64,000 nucleotides of DNA from assembly GCF_963921235.1 (NCBI RefSeq), contig NC_086124.1:36270001-36334000 (forward strand), read 5' to 3'. The position numbers and the translations under genes were made by a program. Position 1 is the first letter of the stretch. Each line of letters opens with the position of its first letter. The notes beneath the pieces were generated by a model that had not been told where the DNA came from, did no database searches, and saw nothing but the letters and a program-made list of their open reading frames with translations. Below are positions 12,000 through 37,418 of this stretch, one piece after another. This stretch comes from Mobula hypostoma. Its lineage: Eukaryota.

Positions 12000-12205
12000 A
12001 GCCTATCGGTTAGCGTACTAGTACTTCAGCGACAGTGCGACAGTGACCTGGGTTTACTTCCTGCTGTTAGCTGAACGTGCTCCCTGTGACCACATGGCTT
12101 TTGTCTGGATGCTCTGCGTTTTTCCCACATTTCAAAGACGTAGACTAATTGGTCACATAGATTAATTCAGCTGTGTGGGCTTGTTACTGTGCTGTATCTC
12201 TAAAT
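12000..12205 (+). mobile_element. Degenerate V-SINE-like element
   Basis: Resembles the core 'gtgggtttcctccgggtgctccggtttcctcccaca' seen at ~25490. Confidence 0.5.
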
Positions 12206-13339
12206 TTAAAAAAATTATCCAGTTAAAGTCATGTTAACAAGTGCTTTTTAATCTACCGACGTAATGGCCCGTTAAAATTTCTTCACACCTCGGTGCTAAA
12301 TTCTGTCATGTTGTGATCACTCTTCTCCGAGGCTGGGTGATCATCGGATCATAGAGTCAGAGAGCAGGGCCTCCAAATGGAACCCAACATGTGCTTTGAC
12401 GTTCAACGTCCTCCAGCTCTGCCTGTCCTTGTCCATTCAGAAGGATTCTTCATTGCTGTTTCCATAACAGTTTTGTTTTTTTTTTAGCCAGTTAGGGTTG
12501 TTAGCCCCGAGCTGAACTCTAAACCTGCAGGACTGGTGGACCACCTCATCTGCTCTTTGACCTGTTTGGCAAGCCCTGACTCCAGCCAGCAGAGCTCGCC
12601 GGGTCACTGAGGCACACAGGTCTCCAAATCACAACAAAGTCGTGGTCCTCTTGGAGGGTGCTGTTAATGCTAGAGCGTAACTCAATATTTATTAGGAAAT
12701 GTAGAGGAGGCTTGATCCAAAATCATGATTTAGCAAAAAACAATAACTTTAATAAGCAACCACAAAATAACGAACTATGAGAGGGCACCAAACGAAAGAG
12801 AACAGAGACTAAACATAACAGGCAGCAAGGTGAACTTTAGGAAGGGAACTGAAGGCTGAAGCAACTAGTTGAGGCCAGCTGGCTGGATGAGTGAACGAAG
12901 ACTGTGGAAGAGAACGGGGGTTAAATAGGCTGCCGGCGGTGAATCTCGAACGAGCGGCAGGTGAATCCTATTAGCTGGGTGGAGACTGAGAGGTGTCTGT
13001 ATTTGCATTGTTAAGTTCCATCAAGTTATGATCGCCCTTCCCTTAAACTTGGGTTTTAACAAGGTTATTAGAGTCCGCACCTGCTCTGCGCAGCCGAGCA
13101 AATTTTCTGTAACCTCGCACCATCATGTCTGGTTAAAGTATAACTTCATGCTAAGTTCTTTCACATTGTGATCACTCTTCCTCCCCAAGGCCAGTTGATA
13201 ACAAGATTATTGTGGAGCCACAGAACAGGGCCTTCGGAACTCCAAGTGGGACCAAATATGTGTTTTGTAATGTTGCAAATGAAAGTATTCTTAAAGTTAA
13301 GTTCTATCAGGTTATGACCAAGAGCAGATTATCATGTGG

Positions 13340-13800
13340 TCCCAGAGTTGTTCACTGTGGAGGTGGGCCCTTTGCCAAATCTGATGCCCATCAAAACCAA
13401 TCCATGTGCCTGAATTTGGCCCATAGTCTAAACCTTTCATATCCCTGTACCTGTCCAAGTACCTTTCAAATGTTGTTAATGTACCAGCCTCAACCACTTC
13501 CTCTGGCAGCTCGTTCATAGACGAACCACCCTCTGGGTGAAAAAGTTGCCCCTGGAGTCCATATTAAATCCCCCCCCCCCCTCACCTGTTACCTTCAACC
13601 TCTGCCATCTGGTTCTTGATTGCCCAACCCTGGGGAGAAAGTCTGTGTACATTCACCCTGTCTGTGCCCCTCATGATTTTAAACACCTCTGTGAGGTCAC
13701 CCCTCAGTCACCTACACTCCAAGGAAAAAGGCCAAACCAGCCCACCCACTCTGTCCATATCTCCCAGCAACATCCTCGTAAGTCTCCTCTACACTCTTTC
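13340..13800 (-). mobile_element. CR1 3' fragment
   Basis: NELPEEVVEAGTLTTFERYLD on the minus strand. Confidence 0.75.
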
Positions 13801-13944
13801 CCTTCCACTGTGGGTAGTCCCACCCCAGTCCAGATATTGGTACAGACAGTCTTCACTGAATTTGGGATCACTGGGAGACCTTGAATGACTCTAGCATGCT
13901 GGTAGAGTGGCTGAGATATATTGGGGGCATTTCTGGGGTCTGTG

Positions 13945-15725
13945 CATGTTGATGGGGTGGTTAAGAAGGTGTATAGTGTGTTGGCTTTCATTAATCGGGG
14001 GACTGAGTTTAAGAGCCACAAGGTAATGTTGCAGCTCTGTAAATCTCTGATTAGACCAGACTCGGAGTGTTGTGTTCAGTTCTGGTTGCCTCATTACAGG
14101 AAGGATGTGGGAGCTTTGGAGAGGGTGCAGAGGAGATTTACCAGGATTAGAGAGCATGTCCTATGAGAAAAGGTTGAACAAGCCAGGGCTGTACTCTTTG
14201 GAGCAGAGGGGAATAAGAGGTGACTTGATGGAGGTGTACAAGATGATAAGAGGCATAGATTGAGTGGACAGCCAAAGACTTTATCCCAGGGCAAAACAGC
14301 CAATGCAGGAGGGCATAATTTTAAGGTGATTAGAGGAAAATACAGGGGGATGTTAGAGGTAGTTTTTTTTTTTACACAGAGTGGTGAGTGTGCGGAACTC
14401 GCTGCCTGGGGTGGTGGTCGGGGCGGAACCCGCTGCCTGGGGTGGTGGTCGGGGAACTCGCTGCCTGGGGTGGTGGTCGGGCGGAGCCTGGGTGGTGGTC
14501 GGGGAGCTCGCTGCCTGGGGTGGTGGTCGGGGAACTCGCTGCCTGGGGTGGTCGGGGCAGAACTCGCTGCCTGGGGTGGTGGTTGGGGAACCCATTGCCT
14601 GGGGTGGTGGTCGGGGTGGAGCCTGGGGTGGTGGTCGGGGCAGAACTCGCTGCCTGGGGTGGTGGTCGGGGCAGAACTCGCTGCCTGGGGTGGTGGTCGG
14701 GGCAGAACCCGCTGCCTGGGGTGGTGGTCGGGGAACTCGCTGCCTGGGGTGGTGGTTGGGGAACCCGTTGCCTGGGGTGGTGGTCGGGGCGGAGCCTGGG
14801 GTGGTGGTCGGGGAACTCGCTGCCTGGGGTGGTGGTTGGGGAACCCGTTACCTGGGGTGGTGGTCGGGGCGGAGCCTGGGGTGGTGGTCGGGGAACTCGC
14901 TGCCTTGGGTGGTGGTTGGGGAACCCGTTGCCTGGGGTGGTGGTCGAGGCGGAACTCGCTGCCTGGGGTGGTGGTCGGGGAACCCGTTACCTGGGGTGGT
15001 GGTCGGGGCGGAGCCTGGGGTGGTGGTCGGGGAACTCGCTGCCTTGGGTGGTGGTTGGGGAACCCGTTGCCTGGGGTGGTGGTCGAGGCGGAACTCGCTG
15101 CCTGGGGTAGTGGTTGGGGCAGAACTCGCTGCCTGGGGTGGTGGTCGGGGAACTCGCTGCCTGGGGTGGTGGTCGGGGAACTCGCTGCCTGGGGTGGTGG
15201 TCGGGGCGGAACCCGCTGCCTGGGGTGGTGGTCGGGGCGGAACCCGCTGCCTGGGGTGGTGGTCAGGGAACTCGCTGCCTGGAGTGGTGGTCGGGGAACT
15301 CGCTGCCTGGGGTGGTGGTTGGGGAACTCATTGCCTGGGGTGGTGGTTGGGGAACTCATAGCCTGGGGTGGTGGTCGGGGCGGAACTCGCTGCCTGGGGT
15401 GGTCGTTGGGGCAGAACTCGCTGCCTGGGGTGGTGGTCGGGGAACTCGCTGCCTGGGGTGGTGGTTGGGGAACTCATTGTCTGGGGTGGTGGTTGGGGCG
15501 GAACTCGCTGCCTGGGGTGGTGGTCGGGGCAGAACTCGCTGCCTGGGGTGGTGGTCGGGGAACTCATTGCCTGGGGTGGTGGTCGGGGAACTCGCTGCCT
15601 GGGGTGGTGGTCGGGGCAGGTACATTAGGGACATTTAAGAGACTCTTAGGCACACAGATGATGGAAAATCATGGAGGGTTATGTAGGAGGGATGGGTTAG
15701 ATTGATCTTGGAGTAGGTTAAACAT
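13945..15725 (+). mobile_element. CR1 3' fragment interrupted by an internally generated minisatellite
   Basis: HVDGVVKKVYSVLAFI...QFWLPHYRKDV; the CR1 tail resumes after 15618. Confidence 0.8.
14395..15617 (+). repeat. ~28-31-bp G-rich minisatellite (gaactcgctgcctggggtggtggtcgggg), ~40 copies
   Basis: Direct reading. Confidence 0.95.
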
Positions 15726-15729
15726 CTCT

Positions 15730-16322
15730 ACAGCAACACACACAGAGTGCTGGAGAACTCCGCAGATTCAGTAGCATTTATTAAAAAGAGTAAACAGTTG
15801 GCATTTCGGGCCAACACTCTTCTTCAGGATTGTGGGGGGGTGGGGGAGCAGGTGGGTGGAAAAGTTCAAGGGTTGGAGAAGAGAGAATCTGATAGAGGAG
15901 AATGGACAATAGGAGAAATGGAAAGGAGAGGGGACCCAGGGGAGAACAGGTGAAAGGTCAGAGTGGGGAATAGAAGGGTGGGAGTTTCGTTCACTGGAAG
16001 GAGAAATCGATGTTCATGCCATCAGGTTGGAGGTGACCCAGTTGGAATATAAGGTGTTGCTCCTCCACCCTGAGCGTGTATCCACATGTTAGAACGGTAA
16101 TGGGAATTAAAATATCTGGCCACTGGGAAGTTATCTTACTGTGACCCCTCTCAGGCTTCAGTGCCCAACCAGGTCATCTCTGTTTCTTGGTGAGATGGAG
16201 ATGGATATCAGTAACAAATAGGTGATCAATCCAGTCCTGATGAAGGATCTCAGCCCGAGCCATTGACTGTTGATTCATCTCCATTGATCCTGCCTGACCT
16301 GCCAGGTTCCTCCAGCATTGTG
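15730..16322. mobile_element. Penelope-like element terminal remnants in inverted arrangement
   Basis: Matches the 3' portion of the element at 26965-28625; decayed hammerhead-like motifs at ~15795-15832 (-) and 16232-16269 (+). Confidence 0.6.
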
Positions 16323-16904
16323 GGATCCCATATTGGCACTACAGGTTCCCACCGACCACAATTCCCATCTGCCCACGTTAAACTTTTCCTAACCATACAC
16401 CTGTCCAAATAACAATGCACCAACCTCAACCACTTCCCCAGCAGCTCCTTCCATAGTCAAACCACCCCCGGGTGAAAAAGTTGCCCTTTGGGTCCCTATT
16501 AAATCTCTCTCATCTCTCCCTTAAATGTGTGCCCACTGGTTCTTGATTGCCCAACCCTGGGGAAAAAGAGGGCATTTAACTCTTTATGAGGACGGGGATT
16601 ATTTTTAATTAAACTTTTTTGTTGGTGTTTCAGATGAGTTCAAATCAAAGTGAAAATAAATTAGTTGAAAAGAATATCTGGAATAATATGAATATGGTTA
16701 AGTACCTTCAAGGACAAGGGACTCTGGAAACTTCCATTGCAATTGTGTGATGAGATTGATTGTTAACTAGCTGCCATTGCTGGTTAATTACTACAGACTA
16801 GTGAAACCAGGCGAGGGATGAGAGAAAGTTAATACTGGTAGTAATGTTTACATCAACAGAGATATACACACACACATTTTTATTGTGTAGATTGTCACAT
16901 GGCA

Positions 16905-17330
16905 GTAACTCAACGCATACAAGCATGTAGACATGGTCAAGAGGTTCAGTTGTTCAGACCAAACCAGAATGGGGAAGAAATCTGAAGTGACTTTGACCAT
17001 GGAATGATTGTTGGTGCCAGACGGGGTGATTTGAGTATCTCAGAAACTGCCGATCTCCTGGGATTTTTACACACAACAGTCTCTAGAGTTTACAGAGAAT
17101 GGTGAGAAACAAAAAAAAAATCCAGTGTCCTGCATTTTTGTGGGTGAAAGTGCCTTGTGTATGAGAGCGGTCAGAGGAGAATGGCCAGACTGGTCCAAGC
17201 TGACAGGAACTCAAATAACCTCACGTTACAACAGTGGTGTGCAGAAGGGCTTCTCTGAACATGTCTAACGTCGAAGTGGATGGGTGACAGCAGCAGAAGG
17301 CCCCACCAGGTTCCACTCCTGTACCTAAAA
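16905..17330 (+). mobile_element. Tc1/mariner transposase 5' fragment
   Basis: Translates (with frameshifts) to MGKK..SDFDHGMIVGARRGDLSISETADLLGFLHTTVSRVYREW, the Tc1 paired-like HTH region. Confidence 0.8.
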
Positions 17331-17909
17331 AAAAATCGCTATGTATTCATAAAACATAAATACAGAAAGAAAACAAAAGATTAAAAGCGGTTAAAAACAA
17401 AATAATCCTTATCATCTGTTTAATGAGCTGATTGTAGAATTCTGGAGGGAACCACAAACCCGACAAACCCCTTCATGCAGAGATATATCCTCCCTCCCTC
17501 CCTCCCTCCCTCTCTCCCTCTCTCCCTCCCTCCCTCCCCCTCTCCCTTTCTTTCTCTCTCCCACCCTTCGTCAACTCCCCCCACTCCATGTCTCTTTCAC
17601 TCTAACTCTTAGCACGAGTTGTGACCAAGCCGAGGAGAAGATTCCCCATCTCCTACCCTTGCACAAAGAGGGTGTCCCTTTTTAATACCATTGCACACCC
17701 ATCTTTATCTCCCAGGACATTCAGCGCAGACACACACAATTTAGAAACAGAGAGCAGGTGTGTAAAGAGGAAAACATTCTTCACCGCTATCTAATCTCAA
17801 TAATGTACGTTGAACGAGACAAAACATTGGCGAATAAGGAGAGAAACGTCCTTCAAAATTGCTTTTATTTCAGTACGTATCTCCAAGGAATCAAATTCAA
17901 CTCATTCCT

Positions 17910-18612
17910 TACAGTGGGATTAGTTTGGAGTCTGACACACGGTTGTGGGGAGAGAGTGGGACAATGGGATTACTATGGGGTCTGACACGGTTGTGGGGAG
18001 AGAGTGGGACAGTGGGATTAGTTTGGGGTCTGACACACGGTCGTGGGGAGAGAATGGGACAGTGGGATTAGTCGGGGTCTGACACAGGGCTGTGGGGAGA
18101 GAGTGGGACAGTGGGATTAGTTTGGGGTCTGACACGGCTGTGGGGAGAGAATGGGACAGTGGGATTAGTTTGGGGACTGACGCAGGGCCGTGGGGAGAGA
18201 GTGGGACAGTGGGATTAGTTTGGGGTCTGACACGGCTGTGGGGGAGAGAGTGGGGCAGTGGGATTAGTTTGGGGTCTGACACAGGGCTGTGGGAGAGAGT
18301 GGGATTAGTTTGGGGTCTGACACGGCTCTGGGGGGAGAGAGTGGGACAGTGGGATTCGTTTGGGGTCTGACACAGGGCTGTGGGGAGAGAGTGGGATTAG
18401 TTTGGGGTCTGACACGGCTCTGGGGGGAGAGAATGGGACAGTGGGATTAGTTTGGGGATTGACACGGCTCTGGGGGGAGAGAATGGGACAGTGGGATTAG
18501 TTTGGGGTCTGACACAGGGCTGTGGGAGAGAGTGGGACAGTGGGATTAGTTTGGGGATTGACACGGCTCTGGGGGGAGAGAATGGGACAGTGGGATTAGT
18601 TTGGGGATTGAC
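17910..18612 (+). repeat. ~50-bp minisatellite abutting the tubulin A promoter
   Basis: Unit ~gtgggattagtttggggtctgacacggctgtggggagagagtgggaca, ~14 copies. Confidence 0.92.
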
Positions 18613-18639
18613 ATGCGGGGAGAAGGCGAATGACCCGGC

Positions 18640-18780
18640 ACAGTCTGACAGGCGGTAGCACTGACCAATAGTGGGGTAAATTTCCAGGTGGGGCAGTAGC
18701 CGACCAGTAGGCATTCCAGGGGTGGCCGGGAGCCACTCGCCTCAGCCAATGGGGAGCTGGTCCGACTGTATAAAGCCGGC
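18640..18780 (+). promoter_or_regulatory. Tubulin A core promoter: TGACAG, two CCAAT boxes, TATA
   Basis: TGACAG 18646-18651; CCAAT at 18665 and 18746; TATAAA at 18769-18774, about 80 nt before the ATG. Confidence 0.75.
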
Positions 18781-18851
18781 GAGTTCACCGGCTCCGGTAA
18801 CCATCGAATCTGAATCCCTGATCACTTCCAACCGACCAGCAGCGGAAAACA

Positions 18852-31537
<12,686 letters not shown>

Positions 31538-31882
31538 AAGATTCCACTGCCAGTAAGTCATCTTTCCTGCATTCCCAAAGCCAGGGACGCCACCCCCCCC
31601 CCCCACAAACAACAATCAAAGCACTCTCTCTTGTTCCTTCAGCAGGGTTCGAGAGAGAAACAGAGAAGTGGCTAAACAAGTCCCACCCCCATTGAAAAAT
31701 CGAAAAGGGGGAAGGGGAAGCCGCATGAGTTCCCTGGTGCCTACGTCACTGCAGAAATCTTTCATCCCTATTGCGCTCCCTTTAATATCTCCTACTTCCC
31801 CACCCCCATGGTGAGCTTGCCTTGTTTTGAGAGCGTGTGCGTGTAAACACGGTATCTCTGTCACTTCATGGAAGGTGGGGTG

Positions 31883-31888
31883 ATTAAA
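31883..31888 (+). terminator. PolyA signal (ATTAAA) of tubulin A
   Basis: Lies in a ~70-nt block homologous to the block around tubulin B's ATTAAA, followed by GT-rich sequence. Confidence 0.6.
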
Positions 31889-32609
31889 ATATTTGATAGC
31901 ATTTCTGAGTGTCCTGTGCAGTTCTTCTGTGGGATGGTCTTCTGCTTGGGTGCTGGTTCGATTTTGGCCGTTGGGACCGGCGTTGCATACATCTCCCGTC
32001 TCTCAGCATTTTCCTCCTCCTTCTCTTCCTCAGAAAAGAAGGACATGAAAAATGTCAGTGCTCTGTCAGGACAGACCACAGAACTCATCTGCTGAGGCTT
32101 CTTCTGGGTGGAACTGGCGGATCAGAAAGGAATGATCACGTTAATGCGGCTACCTAACAGTCCGGAGGATTTAAGGGAACAAATTTGTAGAGAGGTTGCA
32201 GACTGTCGCAAGAAACATAAGTTTGTGATAGTAGGTGAGTTTACCTTTGCACAGGTTGACTGCGACTCCCATTCTGGAAAAGGGTTGGACATGTTCAGGA
32301 AAGTTTCCCAGTGAGAGAGGGTCTGTAATCAGGGAATGAGACAGGGCAGCTGACAGAAGTTTGTATCAAGTGATCTGCCCTCAGTAACAATGATCAGCGA
32401 GGCACAGAGAATCTGTATTTATTGACAAGTAACTTTTATTGTCTCAACTAACAAGCACATGGGTTGACAAACTAATTACATATGTGCACCCAGCTAGAAT
32501 CCCTGACCCTCCACGAACAGTCAATGAAGAGAAAAGGTAATACACGGGAAAGGACTCCATGCTGGCCAGGCATTCCTCATGGTCACGAACTCCACGTGTC
32601 CGAAGAGTC

Positions 32610-32960
32610 CTCCCTATCCACGATGGCTGGTCTCTGGTTGATGGAGAGTTATCGTCCCAATGTAATTGAAGCTCCCTATCCACGGTGGCTGGTCTCTGGT
32701 TGCTGGAGAGTTATCGTCCCGATGTAATTGGAGCTCCCTATCCACGATGGCTGGTCTCTGGTTGCTGGAGAGTTATCGTCCCGATGTAATTGGAGCTCCC
32801 TATCCACGGTGGCTGGTCTCTGGTTGATGGAGAGTTATCGTCCCAATGTAATTGGAGCTCCCTATCCACGGTGGCTGGTCTCTGGTTGCTGGAGCTCCCT
32901 ATCCACGGTGGCTGGTCTCTGGTTGATGGAGAGTTATCATCCCGATGTATTTGGAGCTCC
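32610..32960 (+). repeat. 62-bp tandem repeat, ~5.5 copies
   Basis: Unit gctccctatccacggtggctggtctctggttgatggagagttatcgtcccaatgtaattgga. Confidence 0.9.
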
Positions 32961-33359
32961 TGACTCAAATTCTCCTCATCAACTAAATTGGTGGATCTGC
33001 ATCCCATTGGCTCAAGGTCACCTTCTCATTGGCTCTAGTTCAGGTTCTATGGCTTCTGCGCACCCCCGCCCCCCAAACCAGTCAGAACAAGGAGACCCAG
33101 ACACCGAGTCTAACGAGACCACAGTTCACCTCCCCGGAACGTCTGACATTTTACGTAATAAATAACTACTTGTCAGGTTTAGCAGGTCATTACCTGAAGC
33201 TCCTTGGGTCAATTCCCCTGATTAGGTTGTCCCAGTACAAGAATCAGTTCCGAGTTCACAAAATGTGGTGGGAGGGCAAAGGCAACTGGTCTGTCTGCTT
33301 TCCCCTGTCCTTGATTCATCCAAATCCACTGACTGTGGTTCCTTCTGGCCATCAGTTTC

Positions 33360-35660
33360 AAGGTAAGTATGGAAAAGGATAGGTCTGGTCCACAGGTTGA
33401 AATTCTAAATTGGATAAAGACCAATTTTGATGGTGTCAGAAAGGATCTGGCAAGTGTGGATTGGGACAGGCTGTTTTCTGGCAGAGGTGTACTTGGAAAG
33501 CGGGAGGCCTTTGAAGGTGACACTTTGAGAGTACAAAGCTTTTATTTGTACAAAGTAAAGAGTACAGTTTGAGAGTACAAAATTGCAAGATCAGAATGAG
33601 AATCTATGTGTGGAGCCAAAAGAGATGGGGGGAGACCTTGGCAACACACACAAAGTGCTGGAGGAGCTCAGCAGGCCAGGCAGCATCTATGGAAAAATGT
33701 TTTGGGCCAAAACCCTTCAGCAGGACTGGAGAAAAAAAGCTGAAGAGTAGATTTAAAAGGTGGGGAGGGGAGGGGAGGGAGGTGATAGGTGAAACCTGGA
33801 GAGGAGGAATGAAGTAAAGAGCTGGGAAGTTGATTGGTGAAGGAGACAGAGACAGAGTCCATTTCACCTTTCACCTTGTGTTTCTGTCTCCCCTTCCCCC
33901 ATCTTTTAAAATCTCCTCCTCGGCTTTTCTCTCCAGTCCTGCCAAGAGGTTTCAGCTCGAAACGTCGACTGTACTTGTTTCCACAGACGCTGCCTGACCT
34001 GCTGATACCCTCCAGCATTTTGTGTGTGTGGACCGGATTTCTAGCATCTGCAGATTTTCTCTCGTTTGAGACTGAGAGGAGAACCGAAATGAATTTTTGC
34101 ATCTGTATTTACTCAGGAGACAGACAGAGTCCATAGAAATGAGGCAAAATGACAACAATTTCGTGGACCCTGTACAGATTACACAGGAGAAGGTGTTTGT
34201 CACCTTGAGGCAAATTATAGTGGGTAGATTCCCAGGGCCTGACGAGATGTTCCCTCGGACCCTGCGGAAGGCAAGTGCAGTAATTGCCGAGATATTTAAA
34301 TCTTCCTTAATGACAGGCAAGGCACCAGAGGATTGGAGGACAGCCAATGTTGTTCTGCTGTTTAAAAATGGCTCTAAACACAAATCAGGAAATTACAGGC
34401 TGGTGAGTCTGACATCCGTTGTGAGAACGTTACTGGAAGGTATTCTAAGAGACCGGATATACTGTATGAGTGTTTGGATTCACGGGGATTGATTAAGGAT
34501 AGTCAGCATTGCTTTATGTGTCAATCTTACAGAGATTTTCAAGGAAGTTACCAGGAAACTTGATGAAGGCAAGGCAGTGGATGTTGTCTACATGGACTTT
34601 AGGAAGACAGTTGACCAGGCTTTGCCTGGGAGGTTGGTCAAGAAGATTCAGTCACTCGGCATTCAGGATGAGATAGTAAACTGGATTAGACATTGGTTTT
34701 GTGGGAGAAGCCAGAGAGTGGTAGGAGAGGGTTGTCTCTCTGACTGGACGCCTGTGACCAGTGGAGTGCCACAGGGATCAGTACTGGGTCTGTTGTTGTT
34801 TGTCATCTGTGTCAACAATAGGGATACTGTGGTTAATTGGATCAGAAAATTTGTGGATGGCACCACGATTGTGGGTGTAGTGGACGGTGAGGAAGGATAT
34901 CATGGCTTGCAGAGGGATCTGCATCAGCTGGAATTCAGTGCAGAGAAGTGCGAGGTGACCAGGGTAGGACTTGCATAGTGAACAGTAGGGCACTGAGGAG
35001 TGGGGTAGAACAAAGAGATCTGGGAATACAGGTCCATAATCCATTGAAAGTGGCATCACAGGTTGATAAGGTTGCAAAGAAAGCTTTGGCCTTCATAGAT
35101 CAAAGTACTGAGTACAGGAGATGGGATGTTACTGTATGTTGTCGTTGTACAAGAATGGGGGAGGGGGAGTGAGTTGGGTCTAATTTGGAGTATTGTGGGC
35201 AGTTTAGGTCACCTGTCTACAGGAAAGATGTAAATAAGGTTGAACGTGTACAGAGAAATTTTACAAGGATGTTTCTGGGTCTGGAGGACCTGAGTTATAA
35301 GGAAAGATTGAATAGGTTAGGTCTTTGTTCCCTGGAATGTAGAAGATTTAGAGGAGATTGACAGAGGTATACAAAATTATGAGGGTATAGATAGGGTAAA
35401 TGCAAGCAGGCTTTTTCCACTGAGGCTGGGTGGGACTACAATAAGAGGTCATGGGTTAAGGGTGAAAGGTGAGAAGGTTAAGGAGAACCTCTTCACTCAG
35501 AGGATCGTGAGAGAGTGGAACAAGAGGCCAGCACAAGTGGTGCATGTGATTTCACTTTCAACGTTTAAGGTACGTGAATGAGAGTGCCACGGAGGGCTAT
35601 TATGGTCCAGGTGCAGATCAATTGGACTAGGTGGGCCAAAGGGCCCGTAGTTTTTCTATG
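33360..35660 (+). mobile_element. Decayed CR1 ORF2 with a nested inverted pair of Penelope-derived ends (~33640-34070)
   Basis: PEDWRTANVVLLFKNG; DVVYMDFRK; SGVPQGSVLG; 3' tail. Confidence 0.85.
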
Positions 35661-36104
35661 ACCACGTGACTCAGGATTGGTAACGTGGGGGAGAGTGTGG
35701 GACTGCTTCTTCAACCACTAGGACAGTGTTTCCCAACCTGGGCTCCATTGTATTGGTCCATGGCATAAGAAAGGTAGGGAACCCCTGTGCTGGGTATCAA
35801 TATCTCCCATCCCCTCTTTAAAACTGGAAGATTCAAATGGAATCTAACAACGCCATTGAGCAGGAAAAGTGTAGAGGATGTTGCCGGGCCTCGAGGGATT
35901 GAGTTATGGAGAGAGGTTGTGCAGATTGGGAATTTATTCCTTGGAGTGCAGGAGACTGAGGGGTGACCTTACAGAGGAGTATAAAACCCCCGAGGGACAC
36001 AGATACGGTTATTGCGCACGGTCTTTTCCCCGGAGTTGGGCAATCAAGAACCAAAAGGATACAGATTTAAGGTGAGAGGGAGAGGGATTTAAGGGGCAAA
36101 TTTT

Positions 36105-36953
36105 CAGACATCCCACCTCTCCTGGAAGTTTTGGGAGTCTCCCGCATATTGATAGCAGCTCCCTGATGCCCGCAAATTATATACAATATTCCAGAAGTCT
36201 ATTTGTTTTTTGAAAGTGAGCGAGAGGGAGAGAGTGACAGACGTAGAAAGAGAGTGACAGAGAGAGTATCCTGATTGGTCTCCCTTTGTGCTAAGTAGAC
36301 CTATCAGTTTTCTCTGTGGGCCGGTTTTACAGTCGACCTCTCTTTCATTATCCATCAGTTCAGTTTAATGTCCTGCAGTGCCATGGCAGAGTGTTCCAAA
36401 AATAGAAAATATAAAACGTACTTCACCCCAGTGTACCCCTGCCTAATAGGGGTCAAAAATAATGACGGTGTTGCTCGCTGCACTGTTTGCAACAGTGACT
36501 TTTCTATTGCCCATGTGGGTTAAATGACTGTAAAAGACATGTTGAAGTGAGTTTAACAGGTGTCATTCATTCATTAGCATAGCTAACGTTATTTAAACTA
36601 GCTGGCTAGCTGCTAAGGAGCTACTCTATTGATGTCCTACGTGATGAGGCCAAACTCCCTGTAGACTTGCCTCATCACAGTACAAGGAAAGTTTGCAAAA
36701 GGAATAGAAAAGCTACTTGCATTAATATTTAGCTATTAGCATTGAGACTGCCAAAAAAATACTCAACAAGGAATATATATATATATATGTAAATAGTTTC
36801 AATATGTAATCAAATAAATTGTGTCCTTTCATTATCAAATGTTCTGTATACATGCACCCTTGGAGGTTGACGGGCAGAGGGAGGTTATGGGGCTGCAGGG
36901 GGCAGAGGTGGTGCTACCTCCCTGGGATGAGGTTTTGCAGGGTGGAATGTCTG
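36105..36953 (+). mobile_element. Non-autonomous hAT-like DNA transposon with BED-like zinc-finger remnant
   Basis: TIRs CAGACATCCCACC / GGTGGAATGTCTG; AAATTTT directly repeated on both flanks; internal ARCTVCNSDFSIAH..LNDCKRHVE (frameshifted). Confidence 0.75.
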
Positions 36954-37029
36954 AAATTTTTCACCTAGAGGGCGGTCCATCTATGGAACAAGCTGCTAGA
37001 GGAAGTGGTTGAGCCAAGTACATCAACAA

Positions 37030-37345
37030 CATTCCTGATGTTGGGGGAGTCCAGAACCAGAGGCCACAGTTTAAGAATAAGGGGTAGGCCATTTAGAACG
37101 GAGTTGAGGAAAAACTTTTTCACCCAGAGAATTGTGGATCTGTGGAATGCTCTGCCCCAGAAGGCAGTGGAGGTCAATTCTCTGGATGCTTTCAAGAAAG
37201 AGTTAGATTAAAGGTGGTGGAGTGAAGGGATATGGGGAGAAGGCAGGAACGGGGTACTGATTGTGGATGATCAGCCATGATCACAGTGAATGGCAGTGCG
37301 GGCTCAAAGGGCTGAATGGCCTACTCCTGCACCTATTGTCTATTG
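37030..37345 (+). mobile_element. CR1 3' end
   Basis: GESRTRGHSLRIRGRPFRTELRKNFFTQR plus tail; same subfamily as 45670-46290. Confidence 0.85.
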
Positions 37346-37418
37346 AGACACAAGGACGTACAGAAATAGGAAAGAAGGGAAATGGGTTAAATGTGGGCAA
37401 ACAAGAAACAACAACAAT

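Noticed and set aside
14094-15705. Long ORFs of 421, 481 and 326 aa
   Set aside because: Minisatellite translations open on both strands.
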